DNA of 64,000 bases from an uncultured beta proteobacterium (GCA_963698305.1 CAVOQI010000006.1:28506-92505); one strand, 5' to 3'. Shown: positions 50,449 to 61,784, counted from the stretch's first letter. Numbers and translations are program-made. Notes: generated by a model from the sequence alone, not told the origin.

Positions 50449-50907
50449 TCAGAGCCTCGGCCTGCGCAGCCGCTTGTGCATGCATGCCGCCGTCGCCGGG
50501 CACACGGACGCGAACTGCGCCGCCGCCTGCAACGCAAGCGGCACCGAGCCGCGGTGCACGCGCAGGTAATCGTGCAGCGCGAAGAAGCCGGGCGCCGTCG
50601 TCGTCAGCAGGTAGAGATCGTCGATGCCGCGCCCCTCCGCCAGCCGCTCGGCCGCCGCAACCAGGGCGCCGCCGCGTCCCTGCCCGTGGAGGGACGGCAG
50701 CACGGCCAGCGAGCGCAGGAGGCCGACGCCGTCCGCGCTTTCCAGGCCGACCGCGCCCACCACCTGCCCGGCCTCGCGCATCACGAGGAAGTCGACCGGC
50801 GAGGTGTCGAGGTCGTCGACCGGCAGGCCGCACTGCAGGAGCAGTTGACGCACGCGCGGACGGTCATGCGACCGCTGGGGTTCGATCAGGAAGGGATCGA
50901 CGTGCAT
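50449..50907 (-). CDS. GNAT family N-acetyltransferase (ArsN2/ArgA C-terminal-like)
   Basis: VGAVGLESADGVGLLRSLAVLPSLHGQGRGGALVAAAERLA is a GNAT acetyl-CoA motif. 152 aa, intact. Confidence 0.75.
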   Translation of the reverse strand: MHVDPFLIEPQRSHDRPRVRQLLLQCGLPVDDLDTSPVDFLVMREAGQVVGAVGLESADGVGLLRSLAVLPSLHGQGRGGALVAAAERLAEGRGIDDLYLLTTTAPGFFALHDYLRVHRGSVPLALQAAAQFASVCPATAACMHKRLRRPRL

Positions 50908-50988
50908 GCCGGCATTCTCGCAGCCATCGCTGCATCGCGCGAAACGGCGCGACGACGCTCTGCGCCCGCTTGACCGGCATCAGCAAAC

Positions 50989-52875
50989 CTAGATGACGAC
51001 CTGGGTGCCGATCTCGATCACGCGGTTGGGCGGGATGCGGAAGAAGTCCGAGGCGGGCTGCGCGTTGCGCAGCATCCAGCCGAACATCCGCTGGCGCCAG
51101 CGCCACATGCCCTGCCCGGTCCGGGCGAGAACGTTCTGGCGCGACAGGAAGAACGAACACTCGTTGACGACGAGATCGAGGTTGTAACGGCGAGCCAGCA
51201 CCTCGAAGATCGAGTTCACGTCGTATGCATCCTGGAAGCCGAGCCGCACAACCACCCGGTAGCAGCCTTCCTCGAGATCGGTCACCTCGGCCATGTCCTC
51301 CTCGTCCACGTGCGGCACGTTGCGCGCGATCGCGGTCAGGAAGACCACGCGTTCGTGCAGGACGCGGTTGTGCTTGAGGTTGTGCAGCAGCGCATGCGGC
51401 ACCAGGCCGGCCTCCTGCGTCATGAACACGGCCGTGCCCTCCACGCGCACTGGCGGGTAGATCGCCAGGCTCTTGAGGAAGGGCTGCAGTTCGATCCCGC
51501 CCTTCTCGAGTTCGTGGTTGACGATCGAGCGGCCGCGCTTCCACGTCGTGAAGAGCAGGAACAGGCACGCGCCGAACGCCAGCGGGAACCAGCCGCCGTG
51601 GGGGATCTTGGCGGCATTCGAAACGAGGAAGACCCAGTCGAGCGCCATCAGCGGCACGAACACCAGCGCCACGCGCCAGAGCGGCCAGTCCCAGCGCAGC
51701 CGCGCGACCAGCAGCACGCCGAGCGTCGTGATCGCCATCGACGTGGCCACCGCGATGCCGTACGCCGCGGCGAGGTGCGACGACGACCCGAAACCGATGA
51801 CCAGCATGACCACCAGCAGCAGCAGGAGCCAGTTCACGAAGGGGACGTAGATCTGCCCGGCCTGCGTCTCCGACGTGTAGTCGATCGACATGCGCGGCAG
51901 GAAGCCGAGCTTCACGGCCTGCGCCGTCATCGAGAACGCGCCGGAGATCACCGCCTGCGAGGCGATCACGGTCGCGCAGGTCGCGACAGCCACCAGCGGC
52001 AACTGCAGCCAGTCGGGCGCGAGCAGGAAGAACGGGTTGTCCGCCGCCTTCGGGTCCGTCAGCACGAGCGCGCCCTGGCCGAAGTAGTTCAGCATCAGGC
52101 AGGGCATCACGATCCAGAACCAGGCGACCCGGATGGGCCGGCGCCCGAAGTGACCCATGTCGGCGTAGAGCGCCTCGCCGCCGGTCAGCGACAGGAACAC
52201 CGCCGCCATCACGGCCAACGTCAGCACCGGATGCTCGACGGCGAAACGCGCGGCCAACAGCGGATCCAGGGCTTGCAGCACCGCGGGATGCCGCGCGATG
52301 CCGGCGACGCCGAGCAGCGCGAGCACGGCGAACCACAGCAGCATCACCGGCCCGAACACGCGCCCCACCCTGCCGGTGCCGAAGCGCTGCGCCACGAAGA
52401 GCCCGAGGAGGATCAGCAGGGTCAGCGGGATGACGACGTGCTCGAAGGCGCTCGACACGACCTTCAGGCCCTCGACCGCGGACAGCACCGAGATCGCCGG
52501 CGTGATCACGCTGTCGCCATAGAACATGGACGCGCTGATCAGCCCGAGGACGACCGCGCCGCGCCGCAGGCGGCCGCGCGACGGCAGCTGCCGCAGCACG
52601 AGCGCGAGCAGGGCGAGGTCGCCGCCCTCGCCGTCGTTGTCGGCCATCAGCACGAGCAGCACGTACTTCAGCGAGATCACGATCGTGACCGCCCAGAAGA
52701 TCATCGACAGCACGCCGAGCACCGCTTCGGGCGCCGTGCCGATGCCGTGCGGGCCGCCGAGGCTCTCGCGAAACGCATACAGCGGACTGGTTCCGATGTC
52801 GCCGTACACCACGCCGAGCGCGGCGATGACGAGTGCGGACGCGCCCTTCGCGCCCGTGGAGTGATCCGTGTTCAT
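50989..52875 (-). CDS. kup: KUP/HAK/KT potassium uptake transporter
   Basis: ALGVVYGDIGTSPLYAFRE N-terminal signature, 12 TM segments and a cytoplasmic C-terminal domain. ATG at 52875. Intact. Confidence 0.92.
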   Translation of the reverse strand: MNTDHSTGAKGASALVIAALGVVYGDIGTSPLYAFRESLGGPHGIGTAPEAVLGVLSMIFWAVTIVISLKYVLLVLMADNDGEGGDLALLALVLRQLPSRGRLRRGAVVLGLISASMFYGDSVITPAISVLSAVEGLKVVSSAFEHVVIPLTLLILLGLFVAQRFGTGRVGRVFGPVMLLWFAVLALLGVAGIARHPAVLQALDPLLAARFAVEHPVLTLAVMAAVFLSLTGGEALYADMGHFGRRPIRVAWFWIVMPCLMLNYFGQGALVLTDPKAADNPFFLLAPDWLQLPLVAVATCATVIASQAVISGAFSMTAQAVKLGFLPRMSIDYTSETQAGQIYVPFVNWLLLLLVVMLVIGFGSSSHLAAAYGIAVATSMAITTLGVLLVARLRWDWPLWRVALVFVPLMALDWVFLVSNAAKIPHGGWFPLAFGACLFLLFTTWKRGRSIVNHELEKGGIELQPFLKSLAIYPPVRVEGTAVFMTQEAGLVPHALLHNLKHNRVLHERVVFLTAIARNVPHVDEEDMAEVTDLEEGCYRVVVRLGFQDAYDVNSIFEVLARRYNLDLVVNECSFFLSRQNVLARTGQGMWRWRQRMFGWMLRNAQPASDFFRIPPNRVIEIGTQVVI

Positions 52876-52888
52876 GCCGACGCGAAGG

Positions 52889-54764
52889 CTACTCCGCCGC
52901 GCGGCCGGGCTTGCCGGTGAGCGCCGCCCGCGCGCGATCATCGAGTTTGCCGAGCACTTCCAGGCCGTGCTCGTAGCCCTGGCGCAGGATCTGGTCGAAG
53001 CGCGACCACTGCAGCAGGCCGACCTTGTACAGCGGCGGACAGAAGTACACGTCGGTCTGCCGCCGCGCCTCGTCCTGCCGCGACATGCTGTACAGGATCG
53101 TCACGTTGAGGAGATAGGACATCAGCGACGGCAGCCGGTAGCGCCGCTTGCTGTGGGGCCGGAACCGGTCGCGCAGCAGGGCCCAGCTCCCGGGCACTTC
53201 GTCGAAGTCGAGCCTGCGCACGTGGCGCGCACCGAGGTCGACTCCGAGCACCTTGCCGACCCCGCGCTGCTCGCGCATCCGGTCCACCGGGAAGTTGTTG
53301 AACGTACCGCCGTCGCACAGCAGGTCGCCGTCGCTCACCACCGGCGGCAAGGCGCCGGGAATGGCGGTGCTGGCGAGCAGCGCGCGCGCCAGGTCGCCGC
53401 TGTCGATGTGATGCTCGCGCGCCTGCGAATAGTTGGTGGCGATGCAGAAGTACGTCTTCCACAGATCCTCGATCGCGACGCCGTCGCCGACCAGTTCGCG
53501 CAGCGAGCCGGTGATCGCCTTGCGCTGCCGATGTCCCTTGATCAGCGAGATCAGCGGCAGCCAGTTGTAGTCGCCGGTCGGGTTCCCGCTGAATCCCTTG
53601 CGCGCGACCTCGACCGCCCGCTCCATCGGCTGGTCGGCCGCCACCAGCGCGGCCATCACCGAGCCGATGCTGGTCCCGCCGACGCAGTCGACCTCGACGC
53701 CCTGCTCCAGCAACGCGCGCCAGATGCCGAGATGCGCGAAGCCGCGGGCGCCGCCGCCGGCGAACACGAGGCCGACCGCATTGCGGCTGAGCAGCCGCGC
53801 GAGGCGCGCCATGTCGCGATCGAGACCTCGACGCAGGTGCACGTGGCCGGTCACCGGCCGCCGCGCCAGCCACTCGCGCGTGCCGCGCGGCATCTTCGCG
53901 TCGGCCGGGTGCATCAGCACGAGGATCTCGGCGGCTTCCGTCCGCGCGGTCCTTCCATGGACGCATGACTGCTCGGCGTCGTGTATGGCGGCGGGCTGCG
54001 CGGCATCGGCAAGCAGCAGGAGTTCGTCGCCGTGTCGAATGCAGCGGCGGGTCCACGCGCCCGGCGCAGGGTCCCCGATCAGCAGCACGAAGTCGTTCGC
54101 CGCCTCGATCGCATCGAGCGCCGACGCCACCGCTTCGTCGCCGGCCGCGCCGTCGGTCGCGCTCGCGCCCGTCGTTCCGATCGCCCGATCCATCGCCGCG
54201 GCATCGACGACACTGACGCGGCCGAACCGCTGCAGCTGGGGAACCAGCGCGTTCACGAAATCGTCCACGGACACGCCGTCGGACACGGGCAGCACGCCGA
54301 TCGTGACCGGTGGCGGCAGCGGACGGCGCAGGTTCTGCGTCTGCAGCCGCTGGATGATCTGGCGCGTCAAGGTCTGCGACACCAGCGGGCTCAGGGCGAC
54401 GAGGCCGTCGAAACGCGGCTTGTCGAGCTTCACGAGGACGGAATCGCGCACGGCAACGACCGTCGCCGAGCGCGGCTCGCCGGTGAACAGGCTCATCTCG
54501 CCGATCACTTCCCCGCGCGCGATCTCGCGCACCATGCGCTGAGCGCCGCTCGTCGTCGCGAACGTAGATGCGCAGGCGGCCGCTCACCATCAGGTAGCCG
54601 GAGTCGCCGGGCTGGCCCTGCTCCATCAGCACTTCGCCGCCCGCGAGTTCCACCCACTGCAGGTGCTCGCGCAGGTAGTCCATCGCCACCACCGCGGTGT
54701 CGCCCAGCAGGCGTTTCAACTGTTCGGCAAGCAGGGCTTCGCGGTGCGGCGCGGCGGTCGTCAT
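52889..54764 (-). pseudogene. Cyclic-nucleotide-binding domain / patatin-like phospholipase (NTE-family) protein; one frame break inside the cNMP domain
   Basis: cNMP domain GDSGYLMVSGRLRIYV (ORF 52938..54791) then GEVIGEMSLFTGEPRSATVVA (ORF 52889..54535), with the switch near 54550. Patatin motifs FAGGGARG, GTSIGS (GxSxG) and CDGGTFNN (DGG). Confidence 0.85.
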
Positions 54765-54827
54765 CGTCCTTCGGGGCAACGTTGGGGGCACATCGCGGGG
54801 GCCGCCATGGTAGCGGCCCTCGGCGTG

Positions 54828-57149
54828 TCAGTGCGCGGCCCTGGACGCCTGCAACTCCGCCGACAAGGCGCGGACGCGCGACGCGAGCAGCAGGCTGATG
54901 TTGAGCAGCAGCTTGCCGAGCAGCGTCGGATAGTCGGCCATGATCCGGTTGTACTGCTCGCGCTGCAGTTCGAGCACGAGCGCGTCCGCTTCAGCGATGG
55001 CGTCGGCGGAGCGCGCCATGCCGGCGAGCAGCGCCATCTCCCCGAAGACGACGCCCGGTGCGTAAGACACGAGGCGGCGGCCCTCGGTCAGCGTGTCGCC
55101 GCCGTCCCTGGGCGGCAGCCAGATGCCGATCTGGCCGTGCATCAGCACGTACATGGAATCGCCGGGATCGCCGCTGCGGAAGACGTACTCGCCTTTCGCG
55201 ACGCGGCGCTCGATCAGCATGCCGACGAGCACGGAGCGCTCCTGCGGCGTGAGGCCGGCGCCGATCAGCGTTTCCTCGAGCGACAGCGCGGCCGTGGTGG
55301 AGCCGGCCGGCAGCAGGCTCTTCAGCAGCCGGTCCTCGGCGTACTCGAGTGCGAGGTCCGTGTCCCGGAAGAAGACGCTGTCGTCGAGCAGCCCGTGCAC
55401 GTCCATGTCGCGGATCGTGCGCGTGCGTCCATCCTTCAGCGAGAGGCCGGCGAACAGCAATCCCTTGCCGGCCCGCTTCACGTGGTCGGCGGCGATCAGC
55501 ATCACCCGCGCGCCGCTGGCATCCACCTCGCTGACGCGCTCGAAGTCGATGATGATGTGGTCGGCCTCGTGTATCAGTTTCTCGATGGCCTCGTCCGCTT
55601 CCTCGGCCGTCCCGAAGAAGAGCGCGCCATCGAGTTCGACGACGACGATGCGCTTGCCGTGCTGCGTGAGGAGATTGGTCTCCACCGCCGGTCGGACCTT
55701 GTTCGAGCGGCGCACGTCCGCATGAACGACGTGCCGGACGGGCTCCTTGCTGTTGCTGCGGATGAACATCAGGATCGCGACGAGCATGCCGGTGCCGATC
55801 GCGGCCGGCAGCGAGATGAAGATCGCGATGGCGGCGACCAGCGCCATGATGGCGTAGCTCTGCGCCATGGCCCGTGGAACGCGCCACTTCAGGGACTGGC
55901 GCAGCAGGACGCCGGAAGCCCGGCGCGTCCACTTGTCGACCAGCGAATACGCCACCGCGCAGAACACGCCGGCAATCGCCGCCATCGGCACGATGCGCAT
56001 CCACGCGAGCCCGATCAGCAGGGCGAGCACCAGGCCGATCCCGAAGAACAGGCGGCTGAACTCCGTCCTGCCGCCGGCGTCGATGTTGACCTTGCTGCGC
56101 ATGATGGCGCCGGCCGATGGAAGCCCGCCGACGACGCCGACGGCGATGTTCGCCGCGCCCTGCGCCACCATCTCGCGCGACAGGCTGCGGCGCCGGTGCG
56201 TCATCTCGTCGACGTGCGACGCGCCGAGCGCCGTCTGCAGCCCGGCGATGAAGGCCATCACGACGGCGAACTTGAGCACGGTCCAGATGTTGTCGGTGAA
56301 GTAGCCCTCGGGCAGGTACTTCGAGGTCGGCTGCAGCACATCGAGGCGCGGCCAGCTGAACTCCGGCGGCGCGAACAGCGGGCCCAGCCCGCCTGCAGCC
56401 GGCGTCAGCGAAAGAACGTGGTGGAGCACCGTCGCCACCGCGAGCGCGGTCATGTAGGCGGGGATCCGCCGCGACCACGCCGGCGGCTTGATGGCGATGA
56501 GGAAGGCCACGATCGTGACGATCGGCGCGAGCGGCTTCATGTCCTGCCACATGCCGACGCTGGTGCCGGGCTGGAGCCCGAGGATGTTGGGCATCATGGC
56601 GCCGACCATCAGGATCGCGGTGCCGTTCATGTACCCCGCGTGGACCGGGTACGGCACGTAGCGGATCAGGCCCGCCATCCGCGTAATGCCAAGCAGGAGT
56701 TGCAGGAACCCCGCAAGCACGACGGCGAGCGCGGCGAATGCAAGGACGAGCGGCGGGTGCGGGAAGCCGTTGGCGCCCAGGGAGCGCGGATCGAGGGCCA
56801 GGGCCCCGATCAAGGTGGCGAACAAGAGCGTCAGGGCCGAGCTGGAACCGCTCAACATGGGCCCGCGCGCGCCCGTGAGGACGGTCACGATGCTCGACAG
56901 CGCCGCGGCGAAGACGCCGAGCACGAACCCAAGCTGGGCTTGCTCCGGCCCGAGATTCGAGAAGGCGACGAGCCCGTAGGCGCCTTCGACCGCCAGCAGC
57001 ACGACCGCGGCCGTGATCCCCCCGGCGATGTCCCCGCGGGCCACGCCCCCGGGGTGCCACAAGGAGCCGAACCAGTTCGCCTGCGCGCCGACTGCACTCA
57101 CCTCACTTCCCCACGTCCTCCGCGTGCCGGCGACGTGCGCCCTCGGCAC
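54828..57149 (-). CDS. SulP-family anion permease with C-terminal STAS and cyclic-nucleotide-binding domains
   Basis: 773-aa intact ORF. SulP TM core, STAS (IVVVELDGALFFGTAEE...IIIDFERVSEVDASG), cNMP domain (GDSMYVLMHGQIGIW...FGEMALLAGMARSADAIA). Confidence 0.88.
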   Translation of the reverse strand: MPRAHVAGTRRTWGSEVSAVGAQANWFGSLWHPGGVARGDIAGGITAAVVLLAVEGAYGLVAFSNLGPEQAQLGFVLGVFAAALSSIVTVLTGARGPMLSGSSSALTLLFATLIGALALDPRSLGANGFPHPPLVLAFAALAVVLAGFLQLLLGITRMAGLIRYVPYPVHAGYMNGTAILMVGAMMPNILGLQPGTSVGMWQDMKPLAPIVTIVAFLIAIKPPAWSRRIPAYMTALAVATVLHHVLSLTPAAGGLGPLFAPPEFSWPRLDVLQPTSKYLPEGYFTDNIWTVLKFAVVMAFIAGLQTALGASHVDEMTHRRRSLSREMVAQGAANIAVGVVGGLPSAGAIMRSKVNIDAGGRTEFSRLFFGIGLVLALLIGLAWMRIVPMAAIAGVFCAVAYSLVDKWTRRASGVLLRQSLKWRVPRAMAQSYAIMALVAAIAIFISLPAAIGTGMLVAILMFIRSNSKEPVRHVVHADVRRSNKVRPAVETNLLTQHGKRIVVVELDGALFFGTAEEADEAIEKLIHEADHIIIDFERVSEVDASGARVMLIAADHVKRAGKGLLFAGLSLKDGRTRTIRDMDVHGLLDDSVFFRDTDLALEYAEDRLLKSLLPAGSTTAALSLEETLIGAGLTPQERSVLVGMLIERRVAKGEYVFRSGDPGDSMYVLMHGQIGIWLPPRDGGDTLTEGRRLVSYAPGVVFGEMALLAGMARSADAIAEADALVLELQREQYNRIMADYPTLLGKLLLNISLLLASRVRALSAELQASRAAH

Positions 57150-57287
57150 CGATCCTTCTGATTTATCAGCGCATTCTTTCCACGGAGCGAGCCGGGAAGT
57201 GGCGAGGATACCAAGCGAGAAACCACTCTCGTCAGAAGGGCAAACCGTTGGACCGGAATGTGGCCGACCGACGGCATTGATCGCGAG

Positions 57288-57301
57288 TTGACCTAAATCA
57301 A
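57288..57301. promoter_or_regulatory. Candidate CRP/FNR-family binding site
   Basis: TTGAC-CTAA-ATCAA matches the FNR-type consensus TTGAT-N4-ATCAA at 9 of 10 positions. It lies in the divergent intergenic region, about 60 nt before ATG 57360 and about 140 nt from the SulP-cNMP gene start. Confidence 0.4.
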
Positions 57302-57359
57302 CCCAAGCCCCAAGCTTCGCTTCCTACGGATGGGAATACCAAGAACAGGGGTTAAGGAC

Positions 57360-58517
57360 ATGCGCGGAATGAAATTGGGGTTGGTACGCGGGGCGGTGTT
57401 CATCGGGGCGGTGCTGGGGGTTTCGACGGCGCTTTGCGGCTGCCGGGCGACACCAGCGCACGGTGGAGGCCCTTCTCGCCGGTGTCACCTACAGCGCGCG
57501 GCGACCGCCAAGGCGGAAGCCCTCAACGACGTACATCGGCTATACGGCGTGACGGTGAACAACACCAGCGGCAACACGATCAACAACGTCGTTTTCGAAG
57601 GCAACCTGGTGTCCTCGATCAGCAGGAAGCAGGCCGAGTTAGCTCCGACGCTCACGGACGGCGCCACCTGCGCAGGTCGTGTTCCGGCCGACCCGAGCCT
57701 GTATCGGAAACGCGGATCAAGATCAGTGCGCCATCGGCCAAGTCAAGGGCCGGACAGCACGACTTCCGCGATCTTCACGCTGTTCTTCAAGGCGCCGATC
57801 AGGACACGCGTCACGCCGCTGCCGCTCGGCGATTACGCCGGCTTCAGCGGGCAGCATCGTGACTGCCGAAGGCGCGAACGCGGGCAATTCTCCGAACGAC
57901 TCGGTGGACCCGTGGCCGCTCGGCACGACCGATTCGTGCCTGGTGGATCCGATGCGCCCGTCGGTCGACGTATCCTGCGTGAAGATCCGCTGGCACACCA
58001 ACGCGTCACCGTGAAGTCGGCCGTTCCGAAGGCGGGCGGATCGTTCTTCACGGGCGATCGGCGGCATGACGGTCTGCTCGGCGGCGACCCGTTCACGACG
58101 ACGGTGATCGGTCCCGACCTCCGCGTTCATCGTCCAGGCGATGATCGAGGAAATCCCGCTCACCTGCACCAGCGGAAATTCTCGTGACCTACAGACGGAC
58201 TCGCATCCTTGAGCGATCCAGCGGGACTGCTATTACGCGCCTACCTGCTGCCGATCGTCCTCCGCAGGATGCCACGAACATCGTGAGGGGGACGAAGATC
58301 GAGACGGTGCATGATCAAGTACCCGACGACGTTACAGATCTGGTTACTTATCCGGTTCCGGACTGCATGGCGGGCGCCGAACGCGGCACGGGCGTTCCCT
58401 GCATCCACAAGCGACGTACTACAGGAACAAGGGCGTGCTGGGCTGGACGCGGACCTCGATGGTGACTTCGAGTGGAACGTCATCAACACGAAGAACGGCC
58501 GCTTCGGACTGGAGTGA
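57360..58517 (+). pseudogene. Fragmented lipoprotein gene of unknown function (many frame switches)
   Basis: Lipoprotein signal MRGMKLGLVRGAVFIGAVLGVSTALCGC. High-GC3 stretches hop between all three + frames (VTVNNTSGNTINNVVFEGNLV; AIFTLFFKAP...GDYAGFSG; IVTAEGANAGNSPNDSVDPWPLG...VKIRWHTNA; PTSAFIVQAMIEEIPLTCTSG; LDADLDGDFEWNVINTKNGRFGLE). GC is lower than the surroundings. Confidence 0.4.
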
Positions 58518-58535
58518 CTGCACTGATGAATTAGC

Positions 58536-58554
58536 GGGCGCCGTCAGCGCCCGG
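58536..58554. terminator. Weak stem-loop between convergent genes
   Basis: CGGGCGC-cgtca-GCGCCCG 7-bp GC stem with no clear T-run. Confidence 0.3.
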
Positions 58555-58567
58555 TGCAGCGAAAGGA

Positions 58568-61500
58568 TCAGGCCGAGGGGCGACCAAGTCCCTCGGCCAT
58601 TTTTTTGCAGCGGCCGGCCGACACGGCATTTCCCTTGGCGGTGTAAAGGTGCATCGCCTCGTCGATGACCCGATGAGCCTCCTCCGTCTTGCCGGCAATG
58701 CTGCAGAACGTCCGCAAGATCAGAGAGGGCGTCGGCCTTCAACATCGGTGCTTCGGTCTGACGAACGAACTCGACCGCCGCCCTCGCCATCTCTTCCGCC
58801 TCGGGAAGCTTTCCCGACCGGGCCAGGATGCCCGCCCTCGTTGAACGCCACAGGGCCTGGGAGTCGAGGTCGTCCTCCGCGGATGCGGCTTCGGCCATTT
58901 CCGTCAGCGCAAACGCTTCTTCTTCACGTCCCTGCCCGGCGACGAGCCGGGCGAGGAGCGCGGCGATGGTGGATACGTAATACGTGTCCCCGGCTTTGGC
59001 GAGGACATCGAGGTCGGTTCGAACATCGGGCTCCGCCGCCGCGAAGTCATCGCCTAGCAGTTCGACGAGCGCAACGTCGATGCCCGTCCTGTGGACGAAG
59101 GCCCCGTGGCCGAGGTCCTGCAGCGTGGCCCTCGCTTGCCGATACAACGCGCGTGCAGTGTCAAGTTCTCCGTTCATTGCGCGCAGTTGAGCCAATCGGC
59201 ACATCACGCGGCATTCGACTTGCCGGTCACCCAAGCCATCCGAAATGAGCTTTTCGCATGTCTGTATCGCCTGCTCAACGGAAGTCGGGCCGAGCAATGC
59301 GAAGTCCGCGAGGTTCGCGCCGATCTTGGTCGCCAGCCGCTCATTTCCCGCCAATCGCGCATGCCTGACGGAGTTCTCCGCGGCTTCACGCGCCAGCTCG
59401 TACTTTCCGGCGACCCCATGGGTGAGGAGAATCAATCTCCACGCGATCGCAAGCTCGTTGTTCGCGCCCTCTCTTTCCAGAAGGGGAATGAGATCCGACG
59501 GCGCAGGCAAGACCTCGTCTGAAGTGCCGCCCTTGTCCCTTGCGAACATGCGAATCAGCAGTTCGACCAACTGGCCAGCCGCCTTGATTCGCGGGCTCCC
59601 GATTCGTTCCGCAACGGTTCGCGCTTCCCGAACCGTTTCTCGCGCCTTCAGGTAGTCACCGAGGAGCAGGAATATCTCACCGAGTTCCGGCAGCAGCTCC
59701 GCACGCTGCATATCGTCCGGCTGGAACAGCGCGACGGCGCGCTCCAGCAGGTTGGCCGCGGCATGCATGTCCCCGCGCGAAAACGCGCGCCTTCCGGCCG
59801 ACGACAGCCGCTTTCCGCCGTCCCGCCCGATGGCCGCACCCATGTCGTCGATCGGCCCCAGTTCGCCCAGGTACTTGTAGGCCTGCTCGAGGTGATACCC
59901 GAGAATTTCCTCGAACTCGCGGCCGCGATCGCTGCCCGCGTGGAACCCATCCGACCACTTGACGTACTCGGCGTGCATCGTGGCACGCGCCCGCTTGAGC
60001 AATCCGCTGTAGACCGTCTCGCGCACCAGATGGTGGTCGAAGCGGAAGCGCGCGTCGCCTTCGGTTCCGACCGCCGAGCGGATGAAGTGCTTGCGCGACA
60101 GCGCCTGCAGCTTCTCGTCGATCGACTCGCGCACCGCGGGTGACGCGAGCGACTGCACGGCCGGCCGCATGAACTCGAGGCCGATCACGGACGCCGGCTC
60201 CGCCGCCGCGCGCTCTCCCCGCTCCAGCTTGTCGAGGCGCGCCTCGAGCAGGGCGTGGATCGTGGGCGGAATCGAAATCTCGCCATCCGGCTTGGACGCG
60301 ACCCACTGTCCGTCTTCCTGCCTGACCACCCCGGTGTCGACCAGCATCGACAGCATCTGCTCGACGTACAGCGGGTTGCCCTCGGCGGCGTCGACGACAC
60401 GCTTGATGAAGGAATCGGGCAGCCCTGCAGATCCCAGCAGGTTCCGGATGACCTGCGCAACGGCCGCATCCCCGAGTGGCTTCAGCACGAGTCGACGGGC
60501 GCGCGGCCGATCGCTCCAGGCCGGCCTCGACTCGAGCAGGTCGTGCCGTGCGGTGCCGAGCATCAGCACCGGCGCGTTCTCGATCGAGTCCAGCAGGTTG
60601 TCCATCAGATCGAGGAACGCCGGCTCCGCCCAGTGAATGTCGTCGAACAGCGCCACCACGGGCGCTTCACAGGTGAGGATCTGCAGAAAGCGCCGCGCGG
60701 CCCACGTGATGTCCTGCACGGTGAACGATGCCGAACTCAGTCCGATGGCCGATGCCAGCCGATCGGCCACATCGCGATCGCGCACGCAGGACAGGATCTT
60801 TTCCTGCGCCTGCTCGGGCGTGTCGTCCTGGTGAATCGCCGCGGCGCCCAGCACCATGCCGCGCAGCGGCCAGAAGGTGATGCCATCCCCATACGGCAGG
60901 CAGCGCCCGCTGACGATGCGCGCGCCGCGTGCCGACAGGCGGTCCATGATCTCGCGCACCAGGCGCGTCTTGCCGACGCCCGCGTCGCCGATCACCGTGA
61001 CGAGGCGTGCGCGGCGCTCGCTGTTCACTTCCTGCCAGGCCGCTTCGAGCGCCGCGAGTTCCTCCTCGCGTCCGACCACCGGCGTGTCATGGCGGCGCAC
61101 GTTGCCGTCTTCCCCGTAGACGGAGATCAGCTTGTACGCGGGGACCGGCTCCGACTTGCCCTTCAGCGTCAGCGGCTCGACGGCTTCGGCCTGGACCGCG
61201 TCGCGCACCAGCCGGTACGTCACCTCGCCGATGAGGATCTCGTTGACCGGGGCGGCCGCCTCGAGCCGCGCCGTGACGTTCACCGCGTCGCCGGTCGCCA
61301 TCTTCTGGTCGCGCGTCGGGTCGTCGGTGGTCACCACCTCACCGGTGTTCACGCCAGTGCGGTTCTTCAACTCGCAGCCGAAGCGGGCCTTAAGGCCCTT
61401 GTTCAGCTTCACGAGGATCTTCTGCATGCCGACCGCGGCGCGCACCGCACGCAGCGCGTCGTCCTCGTGCGCGCGCGGCAGTCCGAACACGGCCATGATC

Positions 61501-61781
61501 GCGTCGCCGATGTACTTCTCGATCTTGCCGCCGTGGCGCTCGATCTCCGCGGACATCGCCGCGAAGTAGCGCTCCTTGACCTCGTGCATCGCCTCGCTGT
61601 CGAGCGTCTCGCCGAGGACCGTGGAGTCCTTCAGGTCAGTGAACAGCAGCGTGACCGTCTTGCGGAGTTCCGTCGGCGGCAGTGCGGCCGTCGCCTGCGC
61701 CAGCGGCGTCCCGCAATACCCGCACAGCCGGAACTTGGCGGGGTTCTCTTCGTTGCAGCTGGGACACTTGACCATCTGCAT
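58568..61781 (-). pseudogene. Zinc-ribbon / class III adenylate-guanylate cyclase / P-loop STAND ATPase / TPR multidomain protein; one frame break about 130 nt before the 3' end
   Basis: CPSCNEENPAKFRLCGYCG. Cyclase motifs VTLLFTDLKDSTVL, KYIGDAIMAVFG and RTGVNTGEVV. Walker A GDAGVGKT. A long TPR-like C-terminal half. After ...LADVLQH the natural continuation GKTEEAHRVIDEAMHLYTAKGNAVSAGRCKKMAEGLGRPSA-stop (TGA 58568) is in another frame, so listed ORF 58419..61781 overruns. Confidence 0.85.
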
Positions 61782-61784
61782 GGC

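Noticed and set aside
57723-58169. 148-aa minus-strand ORF (and 58241..58489 -) as real genes in the low-GC patch
   Set aside because: GC3 and amino-acid composition favour the hopping plus-strand path, which has a lipoprotein signal and a coherent C-terminus. The minus-strand ORFs have no start context or motifs. Confidence in either reading is low.
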